Assembly: GCA_047495785.1 (NCBI GenBank)
Contig: JBLDXI010000048.1
Span: 186,001-250,000 of the forward strand
Direction: 5' to 3'
DNA from: Lepidodermella squamata
Taxonomy: Eukaryota > Animalia > Gastrotricha
Length of the DNA: 64,000 bases
This document shows positions 13,854-25,490 of this stretch, piece after piece. The stretch's first letter is position 1, and each line of letters starts with the position of its first letter. The notes beneath the pieces are model-generated. The model saw nothing but the letters and a program-made list of their open reading frames with translations, ran no database searches and had not been told where the DNA came from. Both the position numbers and the translations under genes were made by a program.

Positions 13854-15715
13854 TCATTCGTTTTAGTATAACAAGTAGTAGTTCTAGACGGGGCAGAACA
13901 TTCTTGCATTAATATTTTACGTACGTGTGCTGATCGCGTGTTTTAATTGGCTTTTTGACACGTTTTTCAGCCGGGCTTAATGGCCATTTAAAAACGGCAA
14001 TTAAGCACTTGCCCGACGCGCTCGTATCATTCAGGATTAACGGCCACGCACTGGAGTGGGGTCAGTTTTCATTAAATAGCCAATTAAAAGAATCTGAATG
14101 ATAAGACTAAATAGAAATGCATTTCTGCGACTCAGTCGATAGGCCGACGTGGATTAGGGTATAAATTATTGCCTCACTGATTGCACCGATATGTCGAGTA
14201 CAAAGGAGTGATCCAGCATTGCAAGATGCTGGCAAGCAAACATCAAAGAAGTGATATGGACATGAAAACCAAGCGTTGGTAGCTATTTTAGCGTTTACAA
14301 ACATCTTGCAAAATAAAAATTTACCGGATTTCCAGAATCAGCGGCAATGTTTTCAAGACAAGAATTCATTTCAACCATTTCAGCGGTAGAATCACTAGTA
14401 CACTCACATTTTAGCAAGTATTAGCAATAATGAAAGATATCGACTCTACGCTAATTTTGACTAAAACAGGAGCTACGGTGTTAACCGGTGGACGTTGTCG
14501 GTCTGTCTTTCAAACAGGCGGAGTTGGGCAGTCAAACGACTTAATGACCATTTAATCGTACCGGTGCGTGAATTCAGGCAAACAAAAGGAGAGTTGATGC
14601 GACAATGCTGTGAAATTACTTAGCTGAGAGCAATTTCTTCATTGATGGCTTATTTATTCTTCAAGTTTAAGTAGTCATAACATTTTTCATGACATCTAGA
14701 TACACATTATTATCGAATGCGCGACGGAGCTGCCGCTTAATTCTCCAAGTTCTTCCGAAGAATGCATATAAAATAAAAAATCCGAGGCCCTGAAACCTGG
14801 AAAGCTTGTTTTGATGCAGGTCAAGAAAATTGTCGCCCATTTCTATGACTAAATGTAGTGATAAGTACTTTGTCTGTGAATCAGCAGTTAAAAAATATTT
14901 ACCCAAATGACAAATACTAAGAAGTAACTCGCAATTTATATTCCACAGCCCACAATGCATAACAGAATCGCCGATTGGAATCGATATCGAGAATGACCAA
15001 ACACGTTTGAAGGAAGCTGCAGCAGATCGCGAACATAAATTGGAGGGCGGTGGTACTACTACTACTATACTACTATATATCGGGAAGCTAATATTTGGAA
15101 GCTTATCCGAATTTAAGAGGCCGAGGTATTAGCGCCAAGCTTCCGAGTTCACGGATTTAGAGAAAGCATTCAAACTTGAAACTTCTGTTTAAAGCAACTA
15201 TAAGAACACAGATGCGCTATTGAGATAGATCAAGGCTTACTCATGTTCCTCAAGACAAACAATAAAGATTCACAATCGGGAAATTCCGCAAAGCTCAAAG
15301 CTCATGATAAAACGCCGCGCTAAGAGGCTGATCTGAGAGTAAATACGAGTATAAAATAGAGTAAATCCGAGAGTAAATGTAGTTGGATTCGAAAGAAGGA
15401 GAAAGGAGGAAACTAACGTGAAACGCGTCAAATCTTTCCCCAGGGCGTGGCTCCTAATTCGGCAGTAGAGGCGCAACCTGATAATAGCAAATTGAAGCCT
15501 AACATTTGAGTTCAGCGGCGATCAAGAGACAGCTCAGGTGCGCGGTCAACGGTCACAGGTGAATGATGTTGTCAAGCCGCTGAGTCGAAATTCGCGCGTC
15601 GTTGGAGACGCTAACATTTCGACGCTGTAATAAAAATTGACGTTTAAATTTTGATAATCATGTACATTTGATTGCAATTCATGCATAATAAAAAAGCACT
15701 ATATTACAAAAAGTC

Positions 15716-15728
15716 GTTGCTAAGTAAC
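15716..15728 (+). promoter_or_regulatory. RFX X-box candidate upstream of DRC1
   Basis: GTTGCTAAGTAAC, about 95 bp upstream of the DRC1 ATG; fits the GTTRCY-N-RGYAAC palindrome typical of ciliary gene promoters. Confidence 0.6.
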
Positions 15729-15821
15729 GGCGGTACATGCTGACGCTTCCCCTAAAGTCGTCTTAGGTTTTCATCCCTCATCGCTGATTTCAAGCCTGTT
15801 TTGTCGCAACCCAAGTGGAAA

Positions 15822-18216
15822 ATGTCTAAGGATCAACCGGAACAGAACACTGGTCCCTCTTTGGATTCAGATAATCCCGAAGAAAGAATTGCTGCTCGCC
15901 GTGCGCGAATCAAACGACGCATTGAAGAAGCCAGGAGGTTAGTTGAAGTCACACTAATGCTTATTGCTCTATATTCTGAGGAATTTTTTACTCCTCAGGG
16001 CTGCCTTGGGCGAACTAATTGAAGAGAAGAAAGAGGAAATTGTCATTCGGCCTAGTGATACTCAGATTAATCTCAGTCGTCAACGCTTAGTGAAGCTCAC
16101 GACCGATGGCAATGAAATTATTACAAACATTCGCATTGCTGCCGATGCTCGTGAGTCGACTCGACGCGTTGAAGAGGATGAGCACCGCAGACAACGCGTT
16201 GATAAAATTGAGTCTGAACGAAAGTCTTGCAACGATAAAATGGCAGAGATTACCCGTAAATGGGAATCTGCTCTTCAGAAAGAGATTCCTGATGATCTGC
16301 GAAAAATGCTGCAACAGCAACAAATTTCCTGCGATTCTCTCATCGACGAGAAGAACAAGCTCATTTCTGACTTCCGAGCTGAGCTTACTGACTGCGATTT
16401 GACGTATGCAAGGGATCTTAAGCGATGGGCTCAAGATATTGATCTCTTGGTCGAGCGTATGGAAACTCAGTTCAGAACAGCAGCTCTAACCTACCGTCAG
16501 GAGTTGCTTCAAATCGAGCATGCTTTTGACGCAGAGCGCGCCGATATGTTGAATAAGCATGAAGCTGAGTGGAAATCTACGATCGATAAGAAGCGTCTTA
16601 TGGAAGAAGATTTCTTGAAGCAACGCGCAACTATGGTTGACGAATTCGATCAACAGCTGGACGTGATGCGGCGCCAGGATGCGGAAGATTATAATATCGT
16701 CAAGGCTAAGCTGGAAAGCGAGGTCCAACTTCTTGAGCAGCAACTGCAGCTCATGAAAGCGACCTACCAGCTGAATCAAGAAAAGCTCGAGTATAATATG
16801 CAAGTGCTCAAGAAGCGCGAGGAGGAAAATGTGGTAACGATCAATCTTCAGAAGCGAAAATTGACGAAATTACACGACACGCTGAATCGCTTACAGCAAA
16901 AACTAGAAAAGCAGGAGAAATCTTTCAAGGACGAAAATGAGACATTGACAGCTGACTATCAGCGCATCAGTGATTTATTACAGCAGTTAATGCACAAAGC
17001 CAATCAATTTGTCCAGGCCGATAATGAGAAATTCAAAGAGGTTTGGCTGATGAACGAAGAGGAATGTAAGTCGCTGGTGAAGCGGCTGATGGAGATGTCG
17101 CAAATCTTGTGTGAGCAGCAGCTCGGCCTGCCTTATCAACCTAAGGAGCTCAGCTTTTTGGACGCATTTGGCCGACCTGAGTTCTCTCAAGCCAGTTCTT
17201 CGAAGCAGCAAAGGTCTGCCAACGAAATCGTTAGATCGGTAATGCAAGATGCAAAAGAGGCGACGAATCGATTGCTTCCAACAGAAGAGGCAGCAGGTAA
17301 GGTAGTCCTGCGCCTCGGAGGTTTAGACGGCACGGAACAAGTTGAAGTAACATCGACTACTGTTAAACGCATTCTAGAACTCATATGCGACGAATCAGGC
17401 TTTTTGATTGAAGAGAAGCTGCAAAAGCTATTATCGCCTCTTGATAAGGACGATCGTAACTTGATCAAACTAGACGCTATTTTCCACGCCTTACGCATCG
17501 AAAACGAGGAAGACGTCGGAATCCTAGCGAAATATTTCATTCAAATGAAGCAGAAAAGTTTGAATGATCTTCTCGAAGGCGGAGAGCAAGCAGGCCTCGA
17601 AGCCGAACTACCTCAAGCTAAAGAAGTAGATGATGGATTTGAGGAAAGTTTCGACGCCGAACACGAACTCGAAGAGCAAAATGCGGAAGATAACGTCGAA
17701 CTCATCCACCCTAATGGTACGCTTCTAGCCATGCGAGGCTTCATCGATGAGTTCCAGCGGTATCGGGCGGCTACAGCTGCCGCGAGCGCTTCGAATCACA
17801 AGCAAAACACAGAATTCCGTCTGTCGCTGGACGAACATCCCTCGCGAGATCGAGCTCGGGATTCAGCCTTCTGGTCTCAATTTGGATCTTTCCCCGGTCA
17901 GAAGGATGAGCAAGTTTGGGACGCCCTTCTCGTGGCGTTTGATAAATATCAGTAAGCTTGACATCGCTGCATTAATTTCATTAGTGATTTGTTTCATTTT
18001 AGTTCTCAACTTGAATCTCGCTCGAATCTTATTCGCGAGACAGATTCCATGCGGCAGCAGAATAACGAGCTTCGAATTTTGCTCCATCAGTACTTGCAGG
18101 CTAAGGTGAATCAGGAGCTTGTCGTTCCTCCGGCGAAGGTCATGCAATTTGACGGCGCAACAGCGGCAGCCATCGGCGCACCCTCAAACACCATGCCTGC
18201 ACCCGGCCGACCTTGA
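15822..18216 (+). CDS. DRC1: Dynein regulatory complex subunit 1 (CCDC164)
   Basis: Exons 15822-15937, 15999-17951, 18003-18216. N-terminal GPSLDSDNPEERIAARRARI, central MKATYQLNQEKLEYN, LICDESGFLIE, C-terminal QQNNELRILLHQYLQAKVNQELVVPP. Confidence 0.95.
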
Positions 18217-19010
18217 TTCTATTAGAATATTTATAGTGATGTCTTATCTGTACCGCTTGCCGCTGTTTAAATATTGATGATAAGTAAAAAAGCGAAAATA
18301 TCGACCCGCCGTTGTCTTCTCAAGTATTCACCCACTCAGAAAACTGTTAAAAGGCGTGTTAATTAAAAATGCTATTTATTTCGAGTTGATCGATATTAGC
18401 GCTATTGCCAATCGATTTCTGGTCTAGATAAAAGCCGCACAAGGGCTTCAAGGGCGTACATTTCTGAGCTGAGTGGAAGACTCAGTTTTCGCACGTTGTG
18501 AATTTGACACCCATTCCAGGAACAAAAATGACCGTACTTTCAACGCACTTACTCGACCTCAGCATTGTCTAGTTCTTTCTACATAAAAACTAGGGCATGT
18601 AGCCTTCAGACATTTTGTAATTCGAAATTTAGAATAGAAGGACTAGCGACATTTCCATAAGCTAGAATTGGCCCCTTGACATTAAATTCATCCGCCGTAT
18701 TTTATTGCGCGGGGCTCGTTAATTATTCAACTCTGGCGGATTTGTAACGGATAATCCCAAGTTTTTATTTTAGCAAAAGTTATCAGCTAGAAATATTGAT
18801 TTTCTCAAATCATGTGTCTCGAGAATCACATGACATAAAGGCTTTTAATTTTAGGTCTAGATTACCGAGCTTCCTGGTTCCCAATCTCAGGTAATCCGGC
18901 TTAATTTCCGTCTTTATGCCACACCCCTGCTGATAAATCATTTCCTTTGCTTCAGCGATACTTTAAATATTAACTGTGAAATTTACGGTGTAGAGCGGTT
19001 TTTAACTCTG

Positions 19011-19667
19011 ATGACAGATGCTTTAACGCGGCAGTTGTCGCTCGGCTCGAAATGGGACCAAGTCGCGATCGAATCCGCATCGTCACCCGGGTATTACCTC
19101 CACATGGACTGCTCAGACATGCCGGAAGGCCGCGATGTCGAAATAGCTGAAAGCGGCGGCGGTTTCGTTCATTTCGTGCGTTACAACGTCACGTCTTCGT
19201 ACATTGACATCGAAAAACGCGACGACGCAATTGTATTCTATCTACACCGTCATGGTGATGGCAGTGTGTCTTTCGAATCCAGCAAATGGCCTGGTAAATT
19301 TCTTAGAATGGCCATTAGTAAGGTCAACCAGCGGGAGATCGGGGTAGTCAACTGCCAAAATGGCGCGTTTGCCTGGGAAAAGTTCGACCTTCAACGTCAT
19401 GGCAAAGTTGTGGCTGTCCGTTCGCAGCAATTCGATGCGTATTTGACAATTGGTGACCAGCTTCACGGTTGTAAATTGGGCTCGGCTCTTGTTGAAACGC
19501 ATAGACGTGCTGGGTTCATTCGGGCGAACGAATTGGCCCGTCACAGCGGACGCCGGCACAGTGTGATTTCGCTAGGTGAAGAGAAGGAAAGTTGTCCGAT
19601 GGGGAAGGAGAAGTTTATCATCACGAATCTCGTGCGTGGCTACTTGTCGGTTGCCAAGAGCAAGTAG
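19011..19667 (+). CDS. Fascin-like (actin-crosslinking-fold) beta-trefoil protein
   Basis: Three repeats of the form VAIES..PGYYL / VSFES..PGKFL / VAVRS..FDAYL ending in EKF-type motifs (VVNCQNGAFAWEKF, MGKEKF). The frame stays open back to an acceptor at 18955, so short upstream coding exons (e.g. 18855-18890) are possible. Confidence 0.7.
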   Translation: MTDALTRQLSLGSKWDQVAIESASSPGYYLHMDCSDMPEGRDVEIAESGGGFVHFVRYNVTSSYIDIEKRDDAIVFYLHRHGDGSVSFESSKWPGKFLRMAISKVNQREIGVVNCQNGAFAWEKFDLQRHGKVVAVRSQQFDAYLTIGDQLHGCKLGSALVETHRRAGFIRANELARHSGRRHSVISLGEEKESCPMGKEKFIITNLVRGYLSVAKSK

Positions 19668-19926
19668 TGCATATTGCCCAATCGAGCGTCTAGCAATAAG
19701 ATGCATGGCTTCATTATGATTTTTGTTTCCTGATTCACTTGAAATAAAACCAGAAGAATTGATTCTGCTGTTCTTCTTAGCTCAGCCCTCCCCAACTAGT
19801 AATTTCAAGAAAATAATTGCCGAAAATTCGTGTTTTATTCGCAAAAAGCCGTATTTGTACTACATTGAAATGAACAAGATGTATCAATGACTCATATTTT
19901 AGTTTAGAGATGGCAAGCTAGAAATT

Positions 19927-20225
19927 TCAACACCCAGAATTGGTGATGGCACCACAGTTCGGGAAGCCACCGAATCCACAGAATCGACAGCCCTGGCCCT
20001 GCCCACCAGCGTTGCAGCCCATACAGCCCCATTGATCGGTATTACAGGTGTAACACGAGCAGTCGTACTTGACCGATTGCCCACCAACATTGTGGCATGC
20101 TGGTTCAGAAAAAATCTAATTACGGAGAGTATGCAATAATGACCTCAATATTTACCAAAGCTTGGCTTTATGAAGCCGACTGCGCAGATAAAGGTGAAAA
20201 TCAGAACAACAAGACAGGGCTTCAT
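19927..20225 (-). CDS. Secreted 80-aa precursor of a 56-aa, 10-cysteine peptide
   Basis: Exons 20225-20156 and 20099-19927 with a 56-nt GT-AG intron. Product: MKPCLVVLIFTFICAVGFIKPSFA-CHNVGGQSVKYDCSCYTCNTDQWGCMGCNAGGQGQGCRFCGFGGFPNCGAITNSGC*. AATAAA on the minus strand near 19834-19839. Not present as such in the ORF track. Confidence 0.85.
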
Positions 20226-20468
20226 GATTAACAGTAAAATGTAAGTGAAGCAAGTTGTTTGGTTAAAGTGAGTATTTTGTTTCAAAATCATCAGCGTTAA
20301 ATAGGCTTGAATGGAAGCTCGAATCATTAGCTGTTGCGAAATATTACGCCTTATTGCTCATGCAACAACAGAGCCGAATTCATCAGCACGAATTCATTGG
20401 ATATCAGCCTATTTTGAATAGTTAGCCCGTTTTTTTACTGTTGTCACTTTGTTGAATCCTTACTCAAA

Positions 20469-20555
20469 ATGTCCTCTTTGCAAGTCGTCCTTACTATAGG
20501 CCTTTGCTTGGCTATGGCCGCATGTGAGGTGAAGTGGTGGAACGGTTGCGACTAA
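20469..20555 (+). pseudogene. Truncated paralog of the PAN/Apple gene at 21448
   Basis: MSSLQVVLTIGLCLAMAACEVKWWNGCD* matches the first ~28 aa of the 21448 gene. Homology stops at the TAA. Both copies share upstream CAGCCTATTT. Confidence 0.8.
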
Positions 20556-21447
20556 AAATTGAGACCGTAATTGAGACCGTCAGCAAGAAAAGCTATAAAA
20601 TCTCGAACAATGGTTGCAGGATGCACTATCGAAAAGTCATTTGGATTCGCTAAGACAAATCTTTAGACACTTTAAAAGCTTTTATTATCTATGGACGGAC
20701 TCAAATACTAAATAATGATTTTGGAAATGATGTTTCAGGTGGATCAACTCGGATGGACATCGCAAAAATATCCTCAATCCTGACTACAAATTCATGGGCG
20801 CAGCTTTCGTAACGAATGGCGCTACTTACCACACGCAGTTTTTTGGCAGCAGCGAAAGTGAACAATGCATGTAGCTCGGCTATTTTTAACAACGACTGTC
20901 CGCTGTAATCAGTTATGAAAGTGCAAAACCATTGTTTTTAAAGAAAACGGATGAAATAATGGCTTATGAGCCTGAGGAATTACCAAACTTCGAGCAGTGT
21001 GAACAAATTACGTAGTACATATCGTCGTTGGCGCGTCGCATGTATTATACTTATACAGTGAATTATCATTTGAGATATAGGAGAATTTGGCGCCACAGTG
21101 TAGCGGAAATTGTCGACCTGCAATCACCAAATGTTTCATGCTAAAAGCTGACCAGGCAGTAAAAAGCAAGCAAATATATACTTACTTACTGCATAGTAAC
21201 TTGCCTCGCACCACGTGATTTCCTCCGTATTTTTCCCGGCGATTTTCATCACGTGATAAGTGCGCTTCTCGTGAATTATGAGTCAGCTGTTACTGTATCA
21301 AATACTATGCACCAAGTATTACTTATCTCGCACCTGATACACATTCTGCAGCCTATTTAAGAGGACACGAAAAGCCGCTATGAATCGCATTTCCGCAGTC
21401 TATTTCTGTTAAGTCAAACAACATCGTAAACATTTTGGCTACTAGAA

Positions 21448-21840
21448 ATGTCTCTGTACGTCATGCTGATCCTTGGCCTTTGCTTAGGCATGGCTGCTTG
21501 CGAGGTGAAGTGGTGGCATGGCTGCGACTATCACGGCAACGATATCGGCAACGCGCCATCGACAGCGGATCGGTGCGGTCCGACCTGTGAAGCTGATCCG
21601 AAATGCAGTCACTTCAGTTGGACAGACTACAACGGTGGTACTTGTTGGATGAAATCTGGCTTCCATGAAGGCATGCAGTCAACGCCCGTCGATCATTCTT
21701 TCGTTTGCGGTTACTTTACGGAACGGGCTGGTGCTGCTGCTGGCGAGAGCGAGGACGGGCAAGATGGGGAAGGTGAAGGCGAAGGCGAAGGTGATGCCGA
21801 TGCCGACGGCGAAGTCGATGCCTCAAGCAAAGAAAACTAG
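21448..21840 (+). CDS. Secreted single PAN/Apple-domain protein with acidic Gly/Glu/Asp tail
   Basis: Signal peptide, then GCDYHGNDI..C...C.....CSHFSW....GGTCWMKSG..VCG (6 Cys). TATA-like CTATTTAA at ~21353 and AATAAA at 21878. Confidence 0.88.
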   Translation: MSLYVMLILGLCLGMAACEVKWWHGCDYHGNDIGNAPSTADRCGPTCEADPKCSHFSWTDYNGGTCWMKSGFHEGMQSTPVDHSFVCGYFTERAGAAAGESEDGQDGEGEGEGEGDADADGEVDASSKEN

Positions 21841-22184
21841 AACAGATAGTTTTTTGTTTTTTATGCTACAGCTTTTTAATAAAGCCTGAAACATTGTTGA
21901 AATTGATTTGATTTATTCAAACAATTTAGCCTCAGATCCAGGTAAATAAGTGGAACACAAATTTTCATGACCGAGCTCTCCTGATTGATGAATGAAATTC
22001 TTAAATTAAATAGATATTATTTCGCGCCCTCAAGGTATTTATCACATAAATGTATAGCTCAAGAGACTCCAAGCATTCGAAATTATTTAAAATTACGCGA
22101 GAACAATTTCAAGGTCAATGGAGTTGTGTAACAAAATATTCGTACTGACAAGGAGCTTTTCTGGAAATAATCTCGCACCAGCAA

Positions 22185-22256
22185 AGCAGAGTGGCGCAGT
22201 GGAAGCGCGCTGGGCCCATAACCCAGAGGTCTGTAGATCGAAACTACGCTCTGCTA
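22185..22256 (+). tRNA. Initiator tRNA-Met (CAT)
   Basis: AGCAGAGTGGCGCAGTGGAAGCGCGCTGGGCCCATAACCCAGAGGTCTGTAGATCGAAACTACGCTCTGCTA. A1-U72 pair, GGG/CCC anticodon stem, GATCGAAA T-loop, and a T6 Pol III terminator at 22265-22270. Confidence 0.97.
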
Positions 22257-22381
22257 AAGCTCCCTTTTTTACTGCTTCTTTTCGTCCACTTTGATTCGCA
22301 TTGATGCATACGCAAATTAGTTGGATATCTGTGATGTGTGGGATAATCGAAAGCGGGCACTGGCCTGCACCTTTGGCCACT

Positions 22382-22540
22382 AAACTTACCTGGCACTTGG
22401 ATGCGCCTCGATCATGAAGGGGGCCGCCCCAGGGCGAGGCGGGCCATTGCACTGCGGTCCGCTGACCCCTGCGCTCTGCCTCATCGGCGGAGTCGGGTGC
22501 AAAATATTTCACGTGGGTACCGGCGTTCGCGCCACACCCG
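22382..22540 (+). ncRNA. U1: U1 spliceosomal snRNA (variant Sm site)
   Basis: 5' AAACTTACCTGG; U1-70K loop GATCATGAAG; CCCCAGGGCGAGGC; U1A loop ATTGCACT; GCTGACCCCTGCG; SL4 GGGT..GGCGTTCGCGCC..ACCC. Confidence 0.93.
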
Positions 22541-23090
22541 TAAAATCAATACAAAAAATTGGCTTTGACCAGGAAATAGCCTAGGATCCTGTTCGATTAA
22601 ACGGACAATAGGTCAGCAGCGATATTCAGCAGCTTTTCATCATCGACCACATGAGCCCCCACGTTTCCTTTCAATTTCTTGATTACTGAACTCAAGATTT
22701 TCAACAATTCCGTTATTATGCCCTCGAGTTTTTTTGCTACTCCTTATTTCATAATCATAATTTGTTTGATTTGCACTAGAAAAAATCAAGTAAACAAGGC
22801 TTTGAGGCGTTACCAAGCGATCATCTTCATCTAATTGATAGCCGCCAAATTTTGGGTCATTAAAAAAGTCAAGAAGGCGCGTGCGGGAAATGGCGACTCT
22901 GGAAATACCAAAAGCCCTAACGCGTGCCATTGATAAGCCATTGAAACGGCGGTGCAAAACAAGCCCATTCGGCTGAAAGGGCTATTTAATGGTCTATTGA
23001 GCTTTGGATGACTTTTATGGGGACTCACTCTGCCACTTGCACTTGTATCCGTGAAGCTTTCTTCGGCAAACGAAATTGAAGCCGAAAAAA

Positions 23091-24852
23091 ATGGAAACAC
23101 GCCTCCTGGGCATGGAAGGTCTCGACAAGCAGATCAGGAACCGCCAAAAGTAAGCCAACCCTTCTAAGCCTGAAATAGGTTAATACATTTTACGATTAAA
23201 GGCTCGCATTTATCCAGAGAATAGTTGAGGATAAAGCGTTACAACGTCAGGTTGGTTATCTCAGTAAGGAAGAGGTGAGCAGTTTACGAGCGGCTGACCA
23301 CACAGAACGGCGGCTGAAGGATGAGCTTTACAACCTCTCAATCCGTACAAAGTCGATTAACGACGAGAGAGATGTAGTCGATCACTTTTTGAGTCGGGTC
23401 GAAACAATAGCAAAACGCCATGCCGCTCGCCAGCAACTTCAGTACGGCGCGACATTTTTTGGCTCAGAATCTTCAGAAGAAGCTGGTCATACGTCGATTT
23501 TAGGGCTAAAATCGAACGTTACGCAATCGTATTCTGAGAAGCGATTGCGGGTCATTTTACCGAGGCTGGTCAAACACAGAAAACAGTTGTTGGAGTCAAC
23601 TTTGCTTGACGTGGATAACGTCGAGCTGTTGCGGGCTTACAAAACCGCCAGAAGGCGTACTGGCCGAGATCGGGTGAAATCGGAGGCCAAGGTATGAGAT
23701 TTATAATTTTGTGAAGTACTAAGTCCTCAGCCCGCATTTATCGAACCTTGTACGAACCTTGCGACGAAAACCTTGTAATCCCAATGCATTAGTATCCATT
23801 CTAGTATCCCGCTGCCGATGATTTCATGATAGTGTGAGTTATACATTGAAAAGTGAATTGTTGAATCTACAGGTAATGGCAGTGCTACACTCCCGCGAGC
23901 CAACGGGCCTTGAAATTCCGATAACGCCGGCTTTAGTTGCCGTAGCAACAGCAAACGTAATTGCTCCATCTGGCGCGAAATTGGGCCACGGTCACGGTAA
24001 AGAGGAGTCGACGCGGGATGTTAAACGGTCAAAGCAACAGCAAAACGAACGAGCTCAGCAGAGCATCTTCGATTCAATCAACCTCGAAATCGATGAAGAG
24101 GAGCGCCGTAGAGTCGACCGCCTCAACATGTTACGCCTCATGTATATCGAACAATATTTCAATATTTGAATAGATGAATAATTACGATTAATTCAAGGGC
24201 GGGAATGACGACGTTAGAGCGGCCAGCCGGGGGTGATAATTGGAATAAGCAGCATTTGGCTCTCGGGGTAAACCCGAAAGCTCCCCCGCCGCCAGTTGAC
24301 GAGAACGCACCTACCCCCCCGCCCGACACGCCTGGCTGCCCGGGATTACGTGACCCATTACCATGCGAGCTGCCGAAACCGAAACTTCATCGGAAACTGA
24401 AGCCGCCTGTTACAAAATCGATGCCCTTAACGTCCAGACTGCTCTTTGGCAGATATCGCATTCAAAACAAAAAGATCGAAGATACTTGTTAGTTGAGAAT
24501 TGAAATTGACATTGTTATAAACCACTTTTAACTTTAATTAGTTCTCGGTAGCTGGAAAGAGCGAGTTTTAGCCGAAGATAAATGGCGCCTTGCTGACCTT
24601 CGCCGTCGCCAAGCCGAGGAGGCTGAAGCGAAGAAAAACGGAGGTGTTTTGCCAAGCCACAGAGCCGCCTTGATGGCCCAACGTCAGGCGCAGATGGCAC
24701 GAGCTGCAACCCTGCCAAAATCTCCTGTTTCACCCGATGATGATGAATCGACTCAGCCATCGGCACCTAGCACAAAACAGGGTCCTAACGAAGTCTTGGA
24801 TGCGGCTAATACTGTCGAGGTGAGCAATCAGCAAGAAACTCTTACGGCGTAA
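23091..24852 (+). CDS. Uncharacterised ~470-aa protein (helical N-terminus, Pro-rich C-terminal half)
   Basis: Phase-consistent exons 23091-23149, 23202-23691, 23873-24141, 24198-24487, 24542-24852 join four separate ORF-track pieces. AATAAA at ~24892. No family recognised. Confidence 0.7.
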
Positions 24853-25490
24853 CGAATATGTTGGTCAATCTTAAATGTAGAATATTTCCTGAATAAAGAA
24901 GGTTCATTAAAAATGAGACTCAAGGAAGAATCACGATAGCTTGCGAATTTCAAGAAATGTAATGGTTTGCTTCACAAATTCTACAGAAAGCTAGGCTCAG
25001 CTTTCGAATAACTTGGCCCGATATATCGATTTCGTTTTAGGCCTCCATCCTATTTTTCATCCGCAGATCACAGATTTGCAATACATGCCATGAATTACTC
25101 AGCCATTTCATCTGTGAGCTATATAGCTTTCGATGATAATAGATTTGGCATGTGACCTTAACAGCTTTGGTAGCCGTTGGCTACTCTGCTAAGCAAAATT
25201 GATCTTAGTGAATGTAATTTATTTCCGCCAAAAAATAAGGGGGCAGGGTTGAATCAACTTTTGTAGCGTATTGAAGTAAATTCTGAACCTTTTGATGCAC
25301 CTTTTTAGCCTTCAACACCAACGAAACACAAACAAAAGTTTTATTAAAAGAATTTCGAAACCGGGGATAAGCGATTCAACAGGAGATCTCATACCTCACA
25401 CTGTCATAAAAACAATTGTAATAAAATATTAAAAGTTGCTACGCCATAGCGGTTTCACTGAAACCTAGCTGTGTCCAAGTTGAAATGAGG

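Noticed and set aside
14107-15476. Minus-strand ORFs including WFSCPYHFFDVC, reminiscent of an NSD-type C5HCH finger
   Set aside because: A ligand Cys is missing and I could not build a phase-consistent exon chain. At best a decayed fragment.
22093-22512. 139-aa minus-strand ORF
   Set aside because: It is the antisense of the tRNA-iMet and U1 genes.
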